A stretch of DNA of 34,641 nucleotides from a virus. Under the pieces are notes generated by a model. That model was not told the DNA's origin, made no database searches, and saw nothing but the letters and a program-made list of their open reading frames with translations. Location: the IMG/VR virus record IMGVR_UViG_3300045988_070268. One strand, written 5' to 3'. Below are positions 1 to 10,006 of this stretch, in pieces. How positions within the stretch are numbered: the first letter of the stretch is position 1; each line of letters begins with the position of its first letter. The position numbers and the translations under genes are program-made.

Positions 1-55
1 CGCGTTTCGGGCTATCCTGTCGAGCGTGATGGAGCCTGAAGCCGTGATGCTCCCG
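1..55. repeat. 55-bp exact terminal direct repeat (identical to 34587..34641); circular-contig overlap
   Basis: Bases 1..55 (cgcgtttcgggctatcctgtcgagcgtgatggagcctgaagccgtgatgctcccg) match the last 55 bases exactly. A 55-bp overlap is typical of a k-mer-length circularisation artefact, not a biological DTR. Confidence 0.9.
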
Positions 56-384
56 ACCTTCTTGCCGTCAATCGTGGCGTTGATGTTGAACGTGTCTGTT
101 AGCTTCGCTGTCTTCGTGCCGTCAGCGTCATGCGACACCCTGTGGACGGTCGTGCCGAGAAGAACCGAGCCGCCCTTCTGGTTGATGCTTCCAGAGGTGT
201 ATCCCTGCGAGACGCCTCCTACCGAGCAGGTGTTCGTTCGCGAAGCGATGTTCAGCGAGCCGATGACGAGCGTGTGCTTGACCGTCACGTCCGAGTAGTT
301 TCCAGCCGCGTTCTGAACCGCGCTCCAATCAGCGCGAAGAGTGTACCCGCGATATGCCCCTGTGATGCTCCCGCTTGATGCCAT
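1..384 (-). CDS. Tail fibre / receptor-binding protein, N-terminal 128 codons; continues in frame across the junction into 34586..33225 (about 581 aa in total)
   Basis: ATG at 382..384 is preceded by GGAAGGGGGAAA. Translation MASSGSITGAYRGYTLRADW...SITLDRIARNA runs without a stop to base 1 and joins in frame (384 nt = 128 codons) to ...TIVTANDFTDE at 34586 downward. Confidence 0.6.
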   Translation of the reverse strand, partial: MASSGSITGAYRGYTLRADWSAVQNAAGNYSDVTVKHTLVIGSLNIASRTNTCSVGGVSQGYTSGSINQKGGSVLLGTTVHRVSHDADGTKTAKLTDTFNINATIDGKKVGSITASGSITLDRIARNA

Positions 385-399
385 TCGATTTCCCCCTTC

Positions 400-2040
400 C
401 TATGCCAGTGCGACGAACGCGATTCCCGTGCTCGCATCCGTCTGAATCGGTACCATCTTCAGCAAGCCACCCACCGCGAGCGAGCTGTTGACGTACCCGT
501 TCGCCATGTAGAGCACGCCATCGGTCACCCCGTAGGTCGGGTTGCCGTTCGCGTCGTATCCCACAAGCCCCTGCGAAGCGTTGATTTCGATGCGCGAGCC
601 GTCGTTCGCCCACATGCGAAGCCCGTCCTTGTCGAGCTGCCCCAGAAGCGAGCCGCCAGCCGAGCGAACCTCCATGACCCCGTTGCCGCTCCCTCCAAGC
701 TTCAGTGTGCCGCCTTTGATTAAATCGGCAACGAAATTGATGACGTTGATGTTCTGCATGTTCATCGTTCCGTCGATGCCCCATGCGCTCTCGAAAGTCC
801 CGTTGATGCCGTTGCGCGAGAACGCTATGCCGTTGTCGTTAATCAGGATGACGTTGTGCGCTTCCTCCTTCGGGAGCGTATCGAGCACCATGATTTTCGA
901 GCCGTCGTAGATGACGTACGAAGCGCCCATCGACTGCGTGATGGTCTGCGTGACCGTATCCGTAACGCCCTGAATAGCGCTGTTGACAGTGCTCTGCGCA
1001 GCGCCTTGCGCGGACGATTGGAGCGTTCCGGCAAGCCCGCTTAACGTCTTGGTGAAGTTCCCGAACTCGATTTCTGCGTACTTGCCGAGGATGCAGTCAT
1101 ACGTGAACCCGATGACGTTTGTCAGGATGTGAACGCCAAGGCGCTCGTCGATGACTTCCACCGTGTCCCCGATGTCGGTCACGCGTTCGAGGTCGGCTTT
1201 CAACGTGTAGTTGACCTTCGGCACGCAGTTTGCGTTGACGTAATCCTGTGCCTGCCTTCTCAGGTCATCGACAAGGGCTTTACGGTATGCCGTCTCGTCG
1301 TTGCCGTAATCGTCTTTCTCGATTGAGGATTGCGAGAACGAGACGGTCTTGGTGAACGGTATGTCCCATTTCTGCTCGCTCTCGACGTAGATTGACGCGC
1401 TCGGGTCTTGGTCGTTCAGCAGAATGCCGTCCTTGCCGACTGGCAGCAGCTTCGTTGCGACGCTGCTCCAATCGTACTTGCACGTGAGTTCCTTCAGGTT
1501 CTTGCGGTACCTGACGGTCACGCCGTTGTCTGCCCCGATTGACTGGCGAAGCTCGATGCGGAAATTGTCGCGCACCAGATGCCCGCCCCAGCGCTCGATA
1601 ACCGTTTGAATCGCTTCGTAAAGCGACTTTCTGACGCAGCGGAACGAGTCAATCGCCTGCACGTCCGAGATGGTTACGAACTCGCTCTTCGGCTCCGTGG
1701 CTTCGTTCAGGTGGTCGAGCGCCGAGTTTGCCGTCATATCGACGACATACGAGTCGGCTATGAGGTAGTTCTTCGAATCATAGAACACGTGCCACGCCTT
1801 GAGCGAAACCTTGGTGCTCTTCTTGGTAACGTCCGATATGCGGAACGCCTGCGCGCCCTGCGGTGTGTCCGCGACGATTATCTTCCCGCTCGTAAGATGG
1901 TCGGCATATTTGGTGCTCGCTTCAAAATCGAGGTAGTAATCGCCGTTGTCCTTCTTCGTGACCTTGGCCTTAGTAGGCAGAACAACCATGTCGCCGTTGG
2001 TGGTGAAGCTCTTGTCGGTCGCTTCGAAAACCCTAATCAT
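400..2040 (-). CDS. Tail-associated protein Tal (phage minor structural protein / anti-receptor family)
   Basis: N-terminus MIRVFEATDKSFTTNGDMVVLPTKAKVTKKDNGDYYLDFEA matches the conserved N-terminal region of siphovirus Tal proteins. ATG at 2038..2040 has RBS ACGGAGGTG; TAG at 400..402. The ORF-track start at 2076 lies inside a hairpin and lacks an RBS. Confidence 0.75.
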   Translation of the reverse strand: MIRVFEATDKSFTTNGDMVVLPTKAKVTKKDNGDYYLDFEASTKYADHLTSGKIIVADTPQGAQAFRISDVTKKSTKVSLKAWHVFYDSKNYLIADSYVVDMTANSALDHLNEATEPKSEFVTISDVQAIDSFRCVRKSLYEAIQTVIERWGGHLVRDNFRIELRQSIGADNGVTVRYRKNLKELTCKYDWSSVATKLLPVGKDGILLNDQDPSASIYVESEQKWDIPFTKTVSFSQSSIEKDDYGNDETAYRKALVDDLRRQAQDYVNANCVPKVNYTLKADLERVTDIGDTVEVIDERLGVHILTNVIGFTYDCILGKYAEIEFGNFTKTLSGLAGTLQSSAQGAAQSTVNSAIQGVTDTVTQTITQSMGASYVIYDGSKIMVLDTLPKEEAHNVILINDNGIAFSRNGINGTFESAWGIDGTMNMQNINVINFVADLIKGGTLKLGGSGNGVMEVRSAGGSLLGQLDKDGLRMWANDGSRIEINASQGLVGYDANGNPTYGVTDGVLYMANGYVNSSLAVGGLLKMVPIQTDASTGIAFVALA

Positions 2041-2063
2041 AGATGCACCTCCGTATATGCCAA

Positions 2064-2091
2064 GGGGGGGGCGCATCGCTGCACCCCCCCC
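2064..2091. repeat. G8-CGCA-TCGC-TGCA-C8 inverted repeat (12-bp stem with one mismatch) just upstream of the Tal RBS
   Basis: ggggggggcgcatcgctgcacccccccc, read directly. Two 8-nt homopolymer tracts form the stem. Confidence 0.6.
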
Positions 2092-2171
2092 ATTCTAGCG
2101 GCGCGTTGTCTCATGTCGCGCAGTTGGCATGTTGTTTTCGGGCGGTCATGCTCCGCCGATGCGCATGGGCG

Positions 2172-2294
2172 CTATTTCAGCTCGATGCCGTAAATGTCCT
2201 TGTATGCGGCCTTCGTAGCGTCCTTGTACTTCTCGGGAACGCTGTCGAAAGTGCGCAGCCCCTTGTAAATCAGTCGCGCGTAGATGTAACCCAT
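2172..2294 (-). CDS. Small 40-aa protein MGYIYARLIYKGLRTFDSVPEKYKDATKAAYKDIYGIELK (possibly XkdX-like)
   Basis: Not in the ORF track because it is shorter than 60 aa. ATG at 2292..2294 follows the stop of the upstream gene with RBS GGAAGGGG; TAG at 2172..2174. Its size and its position between fibre genes and Tal resemble XkdX-type small tail-module proteins. Confidence 0.3.
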   Translation of the reverse strand: MGYIYARLIYKGLRTFDSVPEKYKDATKAAYKDIYGIELK

Positions 2295-2295
2295 T

Positions 2296-2616
2296 CTATG
2301 CCCCTTCCACGATGGTCGCTACAGCTTCCTGTAGCTCGCTGATTTGCTCGGCATTGATTTCGTCCTGTCCCTTCACGCGGTTGGTGAAATGGGCAACGAC
2401 GTTCTCGCCGTCAGTCTCGGCCTTCACGGAGACTGGCACGAGATGCTGCACCGTGGAGCCGTCAAAAGCCGCGCCCTTCAGGTTGTCCTCGGCGAACTCG
2501 GCGCGGATAGCGTCAAGCTCCGCGAACGTCTTAACGACAGCAACGCAGTCGAGCGCAGTGCTCGAATCTGTAAAATCATAAGTCTTGCCATTTGCGAACT
2601 TGTAAGTTTTTGCCAT
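2296..2616 (-). CDS. Hypothetical tail-module protein (106 aa)
   Basis: RBS AAGGAG 9 nt upstream of the ATG at 2616; GC3-rich frame; tightly packed within the tail operon. Confidence 0.5.
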   Translation of the reverse strand: MAKTYKFANGKTYDFTDSSTALDCVAVVKTFAELDAIRAEFAEDNLKGAAFDGSTVQHLVPVSVKAETDGENVVAHFTNRVKGQDEINAEQISELQEAVATIVEGA

Positions 2617-2692
2617 TGTCTACTCCTTAATCACTTGTGCGGTTCCCTCGTTACCGACCCGCAGAACACCTTGGGGGCGTGGGATACGGATG

Positions 2693-3382
2693 CTACGGGC
2701 GCGACACCGGGAAGACGAGCTGCCCGTAATAGTAGCTATCCGCTACCCGATTTACGTACACCGAAATCAGTCCATTTCGGTCAACCATCAGCTGGCCTGA
2801 CATGCTGTCTTCGCCTCTGTAACGGAGCGGCGCGATATAGGCGCCGCTATCATTGTGCGAACTGTTACTCGCGACGCCGAGAGGCTTGAGGCCGTCTGGC
2901 AGCGTCCCTATCTGGGTGAACGTATTCGCCGTCTTCACGTTAAGGTAGTCGGTCGAGACGATGCAGATACCCCCTTCGACGTAGCACGTGAGGCTCTCGC
3001 CGAGCCGGAATTGCTTCCGAGATACGGAATTGGCTAGGCTTCCAAGCTCTCCACCGACTGTTGTAGCGGTCGAATTTGAATTGGAAATGGTGTTTCCTTT
3101 TGCAATCGCGCCAGTCACCCTACGGAGAACACCGGCCACAACGACGTATTGACCAGCGGTGTACGCCTGCGATGCCGTGGTCGAGGATTCGACCGCAGCG
3201 CTCGGAACGATTTGGCGCTGAAGCGAAATGCTGTTTGAGTTGTTGATAGTGAAAGTGCTCGTTGTGTTGTCGGTGTATACGATTGTGTAGGTATCGACGG
3301 ATTCCGTGCTAGCGGTCTTGACAATTTTCGTGATGCCGCGCCCGTCCTTGCCCTTCACGTTTCCGATGATGATTTTCGCCAT
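2693..3382 (-). CDS. Fibre paralogue 3: shared N-terminal module (MAKIIIGNVKGKDGRGITKIVKTAS..VDTYT) plus an S/T/N-rich C-terminal domain
   Basis: RBS AGGAGGG. The N-terminal 40 aa are paralogous to the two upstream collagen-like genes. The C-terminal domain is unrelated and is a putative receptor-binding head. Confidence 0.65.
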   Translation of the reverse strand: MAKIIIGNVKGKDGRGITKIVKTASTESVDTYTIVYTDNTTSTFTINNSNSISLQRQIVPSAAVESSTTASQAYTAGQYVVVAGVLRRVTGAIAKGNTISNSNSTATTVGGELGSLANSVSRKQFRLGESLTCYVEGGICIVSTDYLNVKTANTFTQIGTLPDGLKPLGVASNSSHNDSGAYIAPLRYRGEDSMSGQLMVDRNGLISVYVNRVADSYYYGQLVFPVSRP

Positions 3383-3392
3383 TCTATCCCTC

Positions 3393-4262
<870 letters not shown>

Positions 4263-4267
4263 CTCTC

Positions 4268-4609
4268 CTAGATTACGTAGTATATGTTTCCGCTCTCGCG
4301 GTCGTATTCGAATTTGGGCGTTTCGCCCGTGCCTGCATCGTTATAGCTTGCGATTATGTTACCGTCAGCGTCAACGCCCAAGCTGAAAAGGCCAGACATG
4401 GGAACGGTTATACCGGCGTCGCCCTTGTCTCCCTTTTCTCCCTTCGCGCCGTTGGTTACCGTGAAGCTGCCAGCGGCGGCACCGTCCGAAAAAGTTGCGG
4501 TGTATGTATCGACAAGCCCGGAACTTGCGGTCTTCTCGATTTTCTGGATGCCAGCGCCGCGCTCGCCTTTGAGCATCATCACCTTGACGGTCTCGTCTAT
4601 CTTCGCCAT
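4268..4609 (-). CDS. Short collagen-like fibre paralogue (113 aa)
   Basis: [43 protein letters not shown]...[31 protein letters not shown]...KFEYDRESGNIYYVI. The N-module and C-terminal domain are shared with the 3393..4262 protein. Confidence 0.65.
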   Translation of the reverse strand: MAKIDETVKVMMLKGERGAGIQKIEKTASSGLVDTYTATFSDGAAAGSFTVTNGAKGEKGDKGDAGITVPMSGLFSLGVDADGNIIASYNDAGTGETPKFEYDRESGNIYYVI

Positions 4610-4623
4610 TCAAACACCCCACC

Positions 4624-4980
4624 CTAGAAAGTAATGTCCTGCATTATCTCGATAACGCCGCGCATGACCGTGAAAACGTCACCGTTGCACCCGATTTCGA
4701 AGTCGTAGAAGTACTTGCCGGGCTTCGCACCGGCAGTGTCGCTCGGTGCGACCCTCACGACGTAAGCCCCTTGGCCTACCTTGGAAACGCCATCCGAAAG
4801 CGACTTCCTGAAAATGAATCGGTTGTCGCTGCGGTTCGATTTGCAGGTGAAATAGGCTCGCTCCAAGTCCTGAGCGAACGGCTCGCCTTCCTCGTCCATG
4901 ACCTGTAAGCCAAACGATAGCGTATCGCCGCGAACCATTCGGATGTACTTGTCCTCCATTGTGAAATTCGTCCGCATCAT
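4624..4980 (-). CDS. Hypothetical tail protein (118 aa)
   Basis: ATG ATG at 4975..4980 overlaps the Dit TGA (ATGATG), with RBS GAGGTGGG. The track's N-terminal extension overlaps Dit and was rejected. Confidence 0.5.
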   Translation of the reverse strand: MMRTNFTMEDKYIRMVRGDTLSFGLQVMDEEGEPFAQDLERAYFTCKSNRSDNRFIFRKSLSDGVSKVGQGAYVVRVAPSDTAGAKPGKYFYDFEIGCNGDVFTVMRGVIEIMQDITF

Positions 4981-6053
4981 ACCCACCTCGAAAAATCCTC
5001 GACCTTGATTTCCGTGACGTTTCCGCGCCACGATATGGCGTTCTCGCCGACCTTCAGAGCCAAATCGGAGTAATCGCCGGTGACGCGCCGATTCATCAGG
5101 GTGTCACCATGGTACGCATTCATCTCGTCGGCATCTATCGTGATATATCCGTCATCTATCGAGAATGACAGCACGGTGATTGCGTTGATTGCAAGCTCGA
5201 CGTTTCCGCTGCCGTACACCGTGACGGTCGGCCTTGACACAACGTTTCCGCGATTGGTCAGGGCGATTTGGTTGAAGCTGTTGCTCGCCATGGTAGCGCT
5301 CAACGTAAAATCGACCGAAGTTCCAGCTTTGATGTCGAGCCACAGCGCATCGTACACGACGTTGGAATCTGCCGCTGCGGTTATCGTGGAATCGCCGTTG
5401 CTCTTCAGCTCCATATACGAACCGCCGAAAGACCTGTCATCCGAAGGGAATCCAGCGATGAGCCTTAACGCGCACCCAGCAGCTCTGCCGCTAGCCGAAG
5501 CCGCGAGAGTGTAGCTCCCGGAAAGCGACATGCTCTCGATTGGAACCTCTATATCGACGTCGCTCGTCGCCCTGCCAGACACCCTAATGCTGCCACCGCT
5601 TGAAGTTGCCGTGATGCCGAATCTGCTCGCCGTCGAATACTCGACGTGCAAGAACTGGTTAACGATGTCGAACGTCCTGTCAACAGCGTCGTGCTTGAAC
5701 GGCTGAACGTGCATCTTCACCTTTGCCGTGCGGAACCTCACCAGACGCTCGAAGTCGATTTGGTCGAGAATCTGATAGCGGTAGTACTTGTCGGGTTCGT
5801 TGCTGAAAACGACCTCCCCATCTGAGTCGAGGAATGCTATCGCATCGTCGATGTTGAAGTCACCGTGAAGGCCGATGCCGACCTCCTTGTCGTAGGCTGC
5901 GTATCCCAGCTTTGTGACTATATCGCCGTCGCGCCCGTCGATTTCCTCTTTGCTCGTGCGCATCTTCGGCTTCGTAATCGGCGGAAGGGATTGGATTATC
6001 AAGCCTTTGACGTTCGTGCTCTTCTCGCCGTTCAATTCAATATAGCTAATCAT
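4977..6053 (-). CDS. Distal tail protein Dit (siphovirus tail component) with a C-terminal extension
   Basis: MISYIELNGEKSTNVKGLIIQSLPPI...GRDGDIV matches the Dit N-terminal signature. RBS GGAGGTG; it directly follows the tape measure gene. Confidence 0.75.
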   Translation of the reverse strand: MISYIELNGEKSTNVKGLIIQSLPPITKPKMRTSKEEIDGRDGDIVTKLGYAAYDKEVGIGLHGDFNIDDAIAFLDSDGEVVFSNEPDKYYRYQILDQIDFERLVRFRTAKVKMHVQPFKHDAVDRTFDIVNQFLHVEYSTASRFGITATSSGGSIRVSGRATSDVDIEVPIESMSLSGSYTLAASASGRAAGCALRLIAGFPSDDRSFGGSYMELKSNGDSTITAAADSNVVYDALWLDIKAGTSVDFTLSATMASNSFNQIALTNRGNVVSRPTVTVYGSGNVELAINAITVLSFSIDDGYITIDADEMNAYHGDTLMNRRVTGDYSDLALKVGENAISWRGNVTEIKVEDFSRWV

Positions 6054-6064
6054 GTAAACACCTC

Positions 6065-8746
6065 CTATGCGTAAATCGCGTTCGCGACAGTGCGCTCTAC
6101 GAACTTTCCAGCCACCTCGTCATCGAGCACGATGTGCACTCGCTCAAGGGCTTCGACAACCGCATCGACCGCGCTGGAATTGGCAACGGCACCAGTAGCG
6201 GTCGAAGCGCTGTATGCAAGCTGCGGGTCGCTGACGAACGCCGAAGCATCGGGCATGGCGTCCTGCATCTGACCGACAACGCTGCCCATCTCGTCGGTGA
6301 AGCCCTCGCCGATACCCTGTGCGATGTACTTGCCTACTTGGTCGCGGAAGAGGCGCGAAGGCGAATGGATGCCGAGCGCGCCCTTCATGCCGTCGAGGAT
6401 TCCGCTCGCAAAGCTCTTGACCTTGCCGGCCAGCCAACCGGCGGCGCCAGATATTCCGTTCCAGATTCCGCGCACGATGTCACCGCCGATGCTGAGAACT
6501 CGACCCGGCAGCGAGGCTAATCCGTTGACCACCGCGTTGAACATGTTCCTTGCGCCCTCCGCGCCCTTGCTCGCCATATTCCCAGCCCAAGAACCGAGGT
6601 TCGAGATGACGTTGCCGAGGAAGCTCGCGATGCGCCCGGGCAGCTGCGAGACAAAGTTGATTGCGTTGCTCAGGAACTGCGAGCCGGCACGCGAAGCGTT
6701 GGATGCCATGCTCGAGACCCAGCCAACGACGTTTGAAATGACGTCGCTCATGAAGCTCGCGACGTTCGCGGGCAGGTTCTGGATGAAGTTGATGGCGTTC
6801 GTCACGAACTGCGAGCCTGCCGAAGCGGCATTGCTAGCCATCTGCGCCACCCACGAGACGACCGTGCCGATGACCGTGCCGAGCAGGTAGCCGATGTTAT
6901 ACGGAAGGTTCTGGACGAAGTCCACGACGTTGCTCACGAACTGCGAGCCTGCGTCAGCAGCCTTCGATGCCATATCGGATACCCACCCAGTGACCGTTGC
7001 GATGACGTTGTTCAGCCAGTCGGCGAACATCTGCGGCAGCTGCGAGATGCTCGCGCCGAGGTTCGTAAAGAAGTCGCCGATTGCCTGAATCGCGTTGCCG
7101 ACGAAGTCCTGCACGGCCTGCCAGACGTTCATGACGGCATCGCGGAAGCCCTCGTTCGTATTCCAGAGAACGACGATACCGGCGACCAATGCGGCGATTG
7201 CGGCAACTGCGATGCCGATGGGGGACGAGAGCTGCACCGCGTTCAGAATCCGCTGCGCGACCGTAAGTCCCTCGGTCGCGGTCTTCCAGCTCTTGAACGC
7301 AGTGACCAGCGCTTCGACCTTCTGCGCGACCATGATGGTGCCCAGCGCTGTGGAGATTCCCGCCAGCAGCGGCGCTATCGTCGGCAAGTTGTCCTTCAGC
7401 CACGATATGCCTTTCTTGATTGGCGGGATGACCTTGGAAACGCCGTCGCTGATTGAGTTGATGAAGCCAGTGACGTTCTCACTGCCGATTGCATCGTAAA
7501 TCTGCATCAGGCCATCAGTGACAGCCGCCTGCATGTTTCCCATCGCGCCCTCGAAAGTTGACGTTGAAGTGGCGGCCTGCTGCGCAGCGTCGGTGAAGCC
7601 CAAATCCATGATTGCCTGATTGAACTCGTCAGCCGTGATTTGCCCTTCAGCCATAGCGTCGCGGAAGTTGCCCGTGTAGGCACCGTTCTGCTGCAACGCT
7701 TCTTGCAGCTTGCCGGACGCGCCGGGAATCGCGTCAGCCATCTGGTTCCAGTTCTCCGTCGTGAGCTTGCCGGCACCAGCCGTCTGCGTTAACACCATCG
7801 CCACGCTCTTGAACGTGTCGGCGTTGCCGCCAGCGACTGCGTTCAGGTTGCCGGCGGCCTGCGTCAGACCCGTGTAGTCCTGAATGCCGTTGGCAGCGAG
7901 CTGCGCGGTCGTGTTGGCAACCGTGTCGAGGTCGTACACCGTCTGGTCGGCGTACTCCTTCATATCGTCCTTGGCTTTGGAGATGGTCGCATCGTCGTAG
8001 CCAGCGAAGCTCATGGTCGATTCGAACTTCTTCAGGGCGTCGGACGAGTTGATTGCTTCGCCCGTAAGGCTCTGGACTCCGTTGATGGCGGACATGACGA
8101 TGTTGCCGGCGAGGTTCGCGATAGCGCCCTTCAGAACGGTGAAACCGCCCTCGGCACCGCGTGCCTTATCTCCAGCGTCCTCGACGGCTTTGCCTAGCTT
8201 CTCGCTCGAATCGGACGATTTCCCCATCTGCGATTCGAGGTCTTTGATGTCGGCTTTCGTCTTGTTGATGTCCGTCTGTGCGCTGTTCATCTGCGTGCGC
8301 ATACGCGACATGGAGCGCTCGTTCCGGTCGTTGGCGAGCGTCGATTTCTCGACCTGCTCTTTCAGGTTCGCGACCACTTCAGCTTGCTGCTTGTACTCGG
8401 TCGAAGACGTTCCCAGCTCTCGCCCGATGCGCTCAAGCTCGGATTTCTCCTTGTTGTACGAGGCGACCAGCTGCTCGTGCTTCTCCTTGTTCTGCTGGTA
8501 CTCGCTGCCCATCTTCTCGTACTGCTCGCGGAGAACCGAAAGCTTCGACTTCTGCTCTTCGAGCCGATGCGTTAGCGCCGTCTGCTTGGCGGTCAGCGCT
8601 TCGATGCTCGTGTCGTTCTTGTCGTACTGCGAGGACACGAGCTTGAGTTCGGACGAAACTTCCTTCAGGTTCTGCGAGATGTTGCGCAATGCGGCGCGGT
8701 AGCTTGACTCGCCCGTGAGCTTGACCGCGCCACCGAAACTTGCCAT
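6065..8746 (-). CDS. Tail tape measure protein (893 aa)
   Basis: Large size, a coiled-coil N-terminus, and four tandem repeats of about 44 aa (WVSDMASKAADAGSQFVSNVVDFVQNLP... repeated four times). RBS AGGGGGTGA. It sits after the chaperones G/GT. Confidence 0.9.
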   Translation of the reverse strand: MASFGGAVKLTGESSYRAALRNISQNLKEVSSELKLVSSQYDKNDTSIEALTAKQTALTHRLEEQKSKLSVLREQYEKMGSEYQQNKEKHEQLVASYNKEKSELERIGRELGTSSTEYKQQAEVVANLKEQVEKSTLANDRNERSMSRMRTQMNSAQTDINKTKADIKDLESQMGKSSDSSEKLGKAVEDAGDKARGAEGGFTVLKGAIANLAGNIVMSAINGVQSLTGEAINSSDALKKFESTMSFAGYDDATISKAKDDMKEYADQTVYDLDTVANTTAQLAANGIQDYTGLTQAAGNLNAVAGGNADTFKSVAMVLTQTAGAGKLTTENWNQMADAIPGASGKLQEALQQNGAYTGNFRDAMAEGQITADEFNQAIMDLGFTDAAQQAATSTSTFEGAMGNMQAAVTDGLMQIYDAIGSENVTGFINSISDGVSKVIPPIKKGISWLKDNLPTIAPLLAGISTALGTIMVAQKVEALVTAFKSWKTATEGLTVAQRILNAVQLSSPIGIAVAAIAALVAGIVVLWNTNEGFRDAVMNVWQAVQDFVGNAIQAIGDFFTNLGASISQLPQMFADWLNNVIATVTGWVSDMASKAADAGSQFVSNVVDFVQNLPYNIGYLLGTVIGTVVSWVAQMASNAASAGSQFVTNAINFIQNLPANVASFMSDVISNVVGWVSSMASNASRAGSQFLSNAINFVSQLPGRIASFLGNVISNLGSWAGNMASKGAEGARNMFNAVVNGLASLPGRVLSIGGDIVRGIWNGISGAAGWLAGKVKSFASGILDGMKGALGIHSPSRLFRDQVGKYIAQGIGEGFTDEMGSVVGQMQDAMPDASAFVSDPQLAYSASTATGAVANSSAVDAVVEALERVHIVLDDEVAGKFVERTVANAIYA

Positions 8747-8761
8747 AGAATCACCCCCTGT

Positions 8762-9354
8762 TTAAAACCATTCCTCGTCGCTCATTGACTGCGCTTCGAG
8801 CTTTGCGTATGTCGTGCCGTTCGCCCGCAACTGCGTCTCGATGTCGAACGTGTCCTTGTACGCTTGGTAAAGCGCCCGAAACCGTCTGAGCGTCAATCTC
8901 CCGACTTCCCTGTCGGACGAAAGCCCTAACCGCGTCCGCCCGATGAAGTAATACCACGCGAAGTTAATCGTCGGGTCGTAATCGAAAATCACGTCTTCGT
9001 CGTGGACTATGCGTTTTTTGAATCATCGGCGGCGGAATCGACAACCGTCTGCTGCACCTTGCTCGTCACAGATTCAAGACCTACGGCGGTCAGGATGCGG
9101 GCCACCTTGCGATGCGTCAGCGGCTTCTCGTCGGTGCCCTCTTCCTCGTTGGAGATTTCGATGCCCTCGTTAATCATCTGCATCGCGCCGAACACGAGCG
9201 CCTTGATGTTAGGCTCGCCCTTTTCAGGCTCTACCAGATTGCCCCACGCTTCGATGCTCCCGTACTCGTCCTGAATCGCTTCCATGACGTTGAGGTCGAA
9301 AGCGAGCTTGTATTTCTTGTCTTTGTACTCGATTTCCTGCAATTTGCTTTTCAT
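8762..9354 (-). CDS. Tail assembly chaperone G-T fusion made by a programmed -1 frameshift at 9013..9019
   Basis: The 8762..8992 ORF (..VIFDYDPTINFAWYYFIGRTRLGL..) is in the -1 frame of the G gene and stays open upstream through the slippery site (..DSKN|RIVHDEDVIF..). Confidence 0.5.
9007..9354 (-). CDS. Tail assembly chaperone (G-like, 115 aa)
   Basis: Acidic, about 115 aa, lying between the major tail protein and the tape measure. It ends ..DSKNA* at the heptamer A_AAA_AAC. Confidence 0.65.
   Translation of the reverse strand: MKSKLQEIEYKDKKYKLAFDLNVMEAIQDEYGSIEAWGNLVEPEKGEPNIKALVFGAMQMINEGIEISNEEEGTDEKPLTHRKVARILTAVGLESVTSKVQQTVVDSAADDSKNA
9013..9019 (-). promoter_or_regulatory. Slippery heptamer A AAA AAC (-1 programmed ribosomal frameshift site)
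   Basis: The plus strand reads gtttttt, which is AAAAAAC on the minus strand, five nucleotides before the G stop codon. Confidence 0.5.
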
Positions 9355-9427
9355 GCCTTCCCTTCCTCCTTAAAACAATGGGCCACGGCTTTTGCCATGA
9401 CCCATTATCGCACACATGTCACAGCTA

Positions 9428-10006
9428 CTAGGCTGCTGGCGATGCTGCCTTGAGCTTGTCCTTCACCCAAGTGACCGCCGCGTCCTTGGTGTCGAAGGTC
9501 TGTGCGGCAGACCAATTGCCGTTCGCAAGGCTCGCCGCAGACCCCTCGATTTCGGGCGTCTTGAAGTCAACCTTCTCGCCCTTCGTCTGGTCCTCCTGCG
9601 ACGGCTCGGAGAACTTGACCTTGTACAGGAACTCGCCCTTGTACTTCATAGCGCCGTTGACCATCTTGGTGATGACTCGACCAAGGCCGATGTAGGGGGC
9701 GACGTCGTTGGCGTTGCGCACCATCTCGCCCTTGCCCTCCGCGCCGTCATTGACGGTGTGTCCTAGGATGGGCGCGAAAATAGTATCGTCATCGTCGGAA
9801 ACGCCGAGCGTCACGCTCGCGCTGTTAAAGCTCTTGTCGGATTCTGCCAAAGCGTCCTCGGCGTAGAGCGTCGCATCGTTGTTGGTCACGGAAACCTTGC
9901 ACGACACGGCCTTGCCGAAGGTCTTCGGGCCGTCGTAGGACGGAGTACCGTCCTCTGCTTCGGTGAGCTTGCCCCACCAAATGTTAGTAAGGCCGATTTT
10001 TGCCAT
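9428..10006 (-). CDS. Major tail protein (phi13-like family)
   Basis: MAKIGLTNIWWGKLTEAEDG... is a typical N-terminus. 192 aa; ATG at 10004..10006. Confidence 0.8.
   Translation of the reverse strand: MAKIGLTNIWWGKLTEAEDGTPSYDGPKTFGKAVSCKVSVTNNDATLYAEDALAESDKSFNSASVTLGVSDDDDTIFAPILGHTVNDGAEGKGEMVRNANDVAPYIGLGRVITKMVNGAMKYKGEFLYKVKFSEPSQEDQTKGEKVDFKTPEIEGSAASLANGNWSAAQTFDTKDAAVTWVKDKLKAASPAA

Noticed and set aside
8762-8992. 76-aa ORF as an independent gene with a GTG start
   Set aside because: It lies in the -1 frame of the chaperone gene, is open back to the AAAAAAC slippery site and has no RBS. It is the frameshift extension (T portion) of the G-T fusion.
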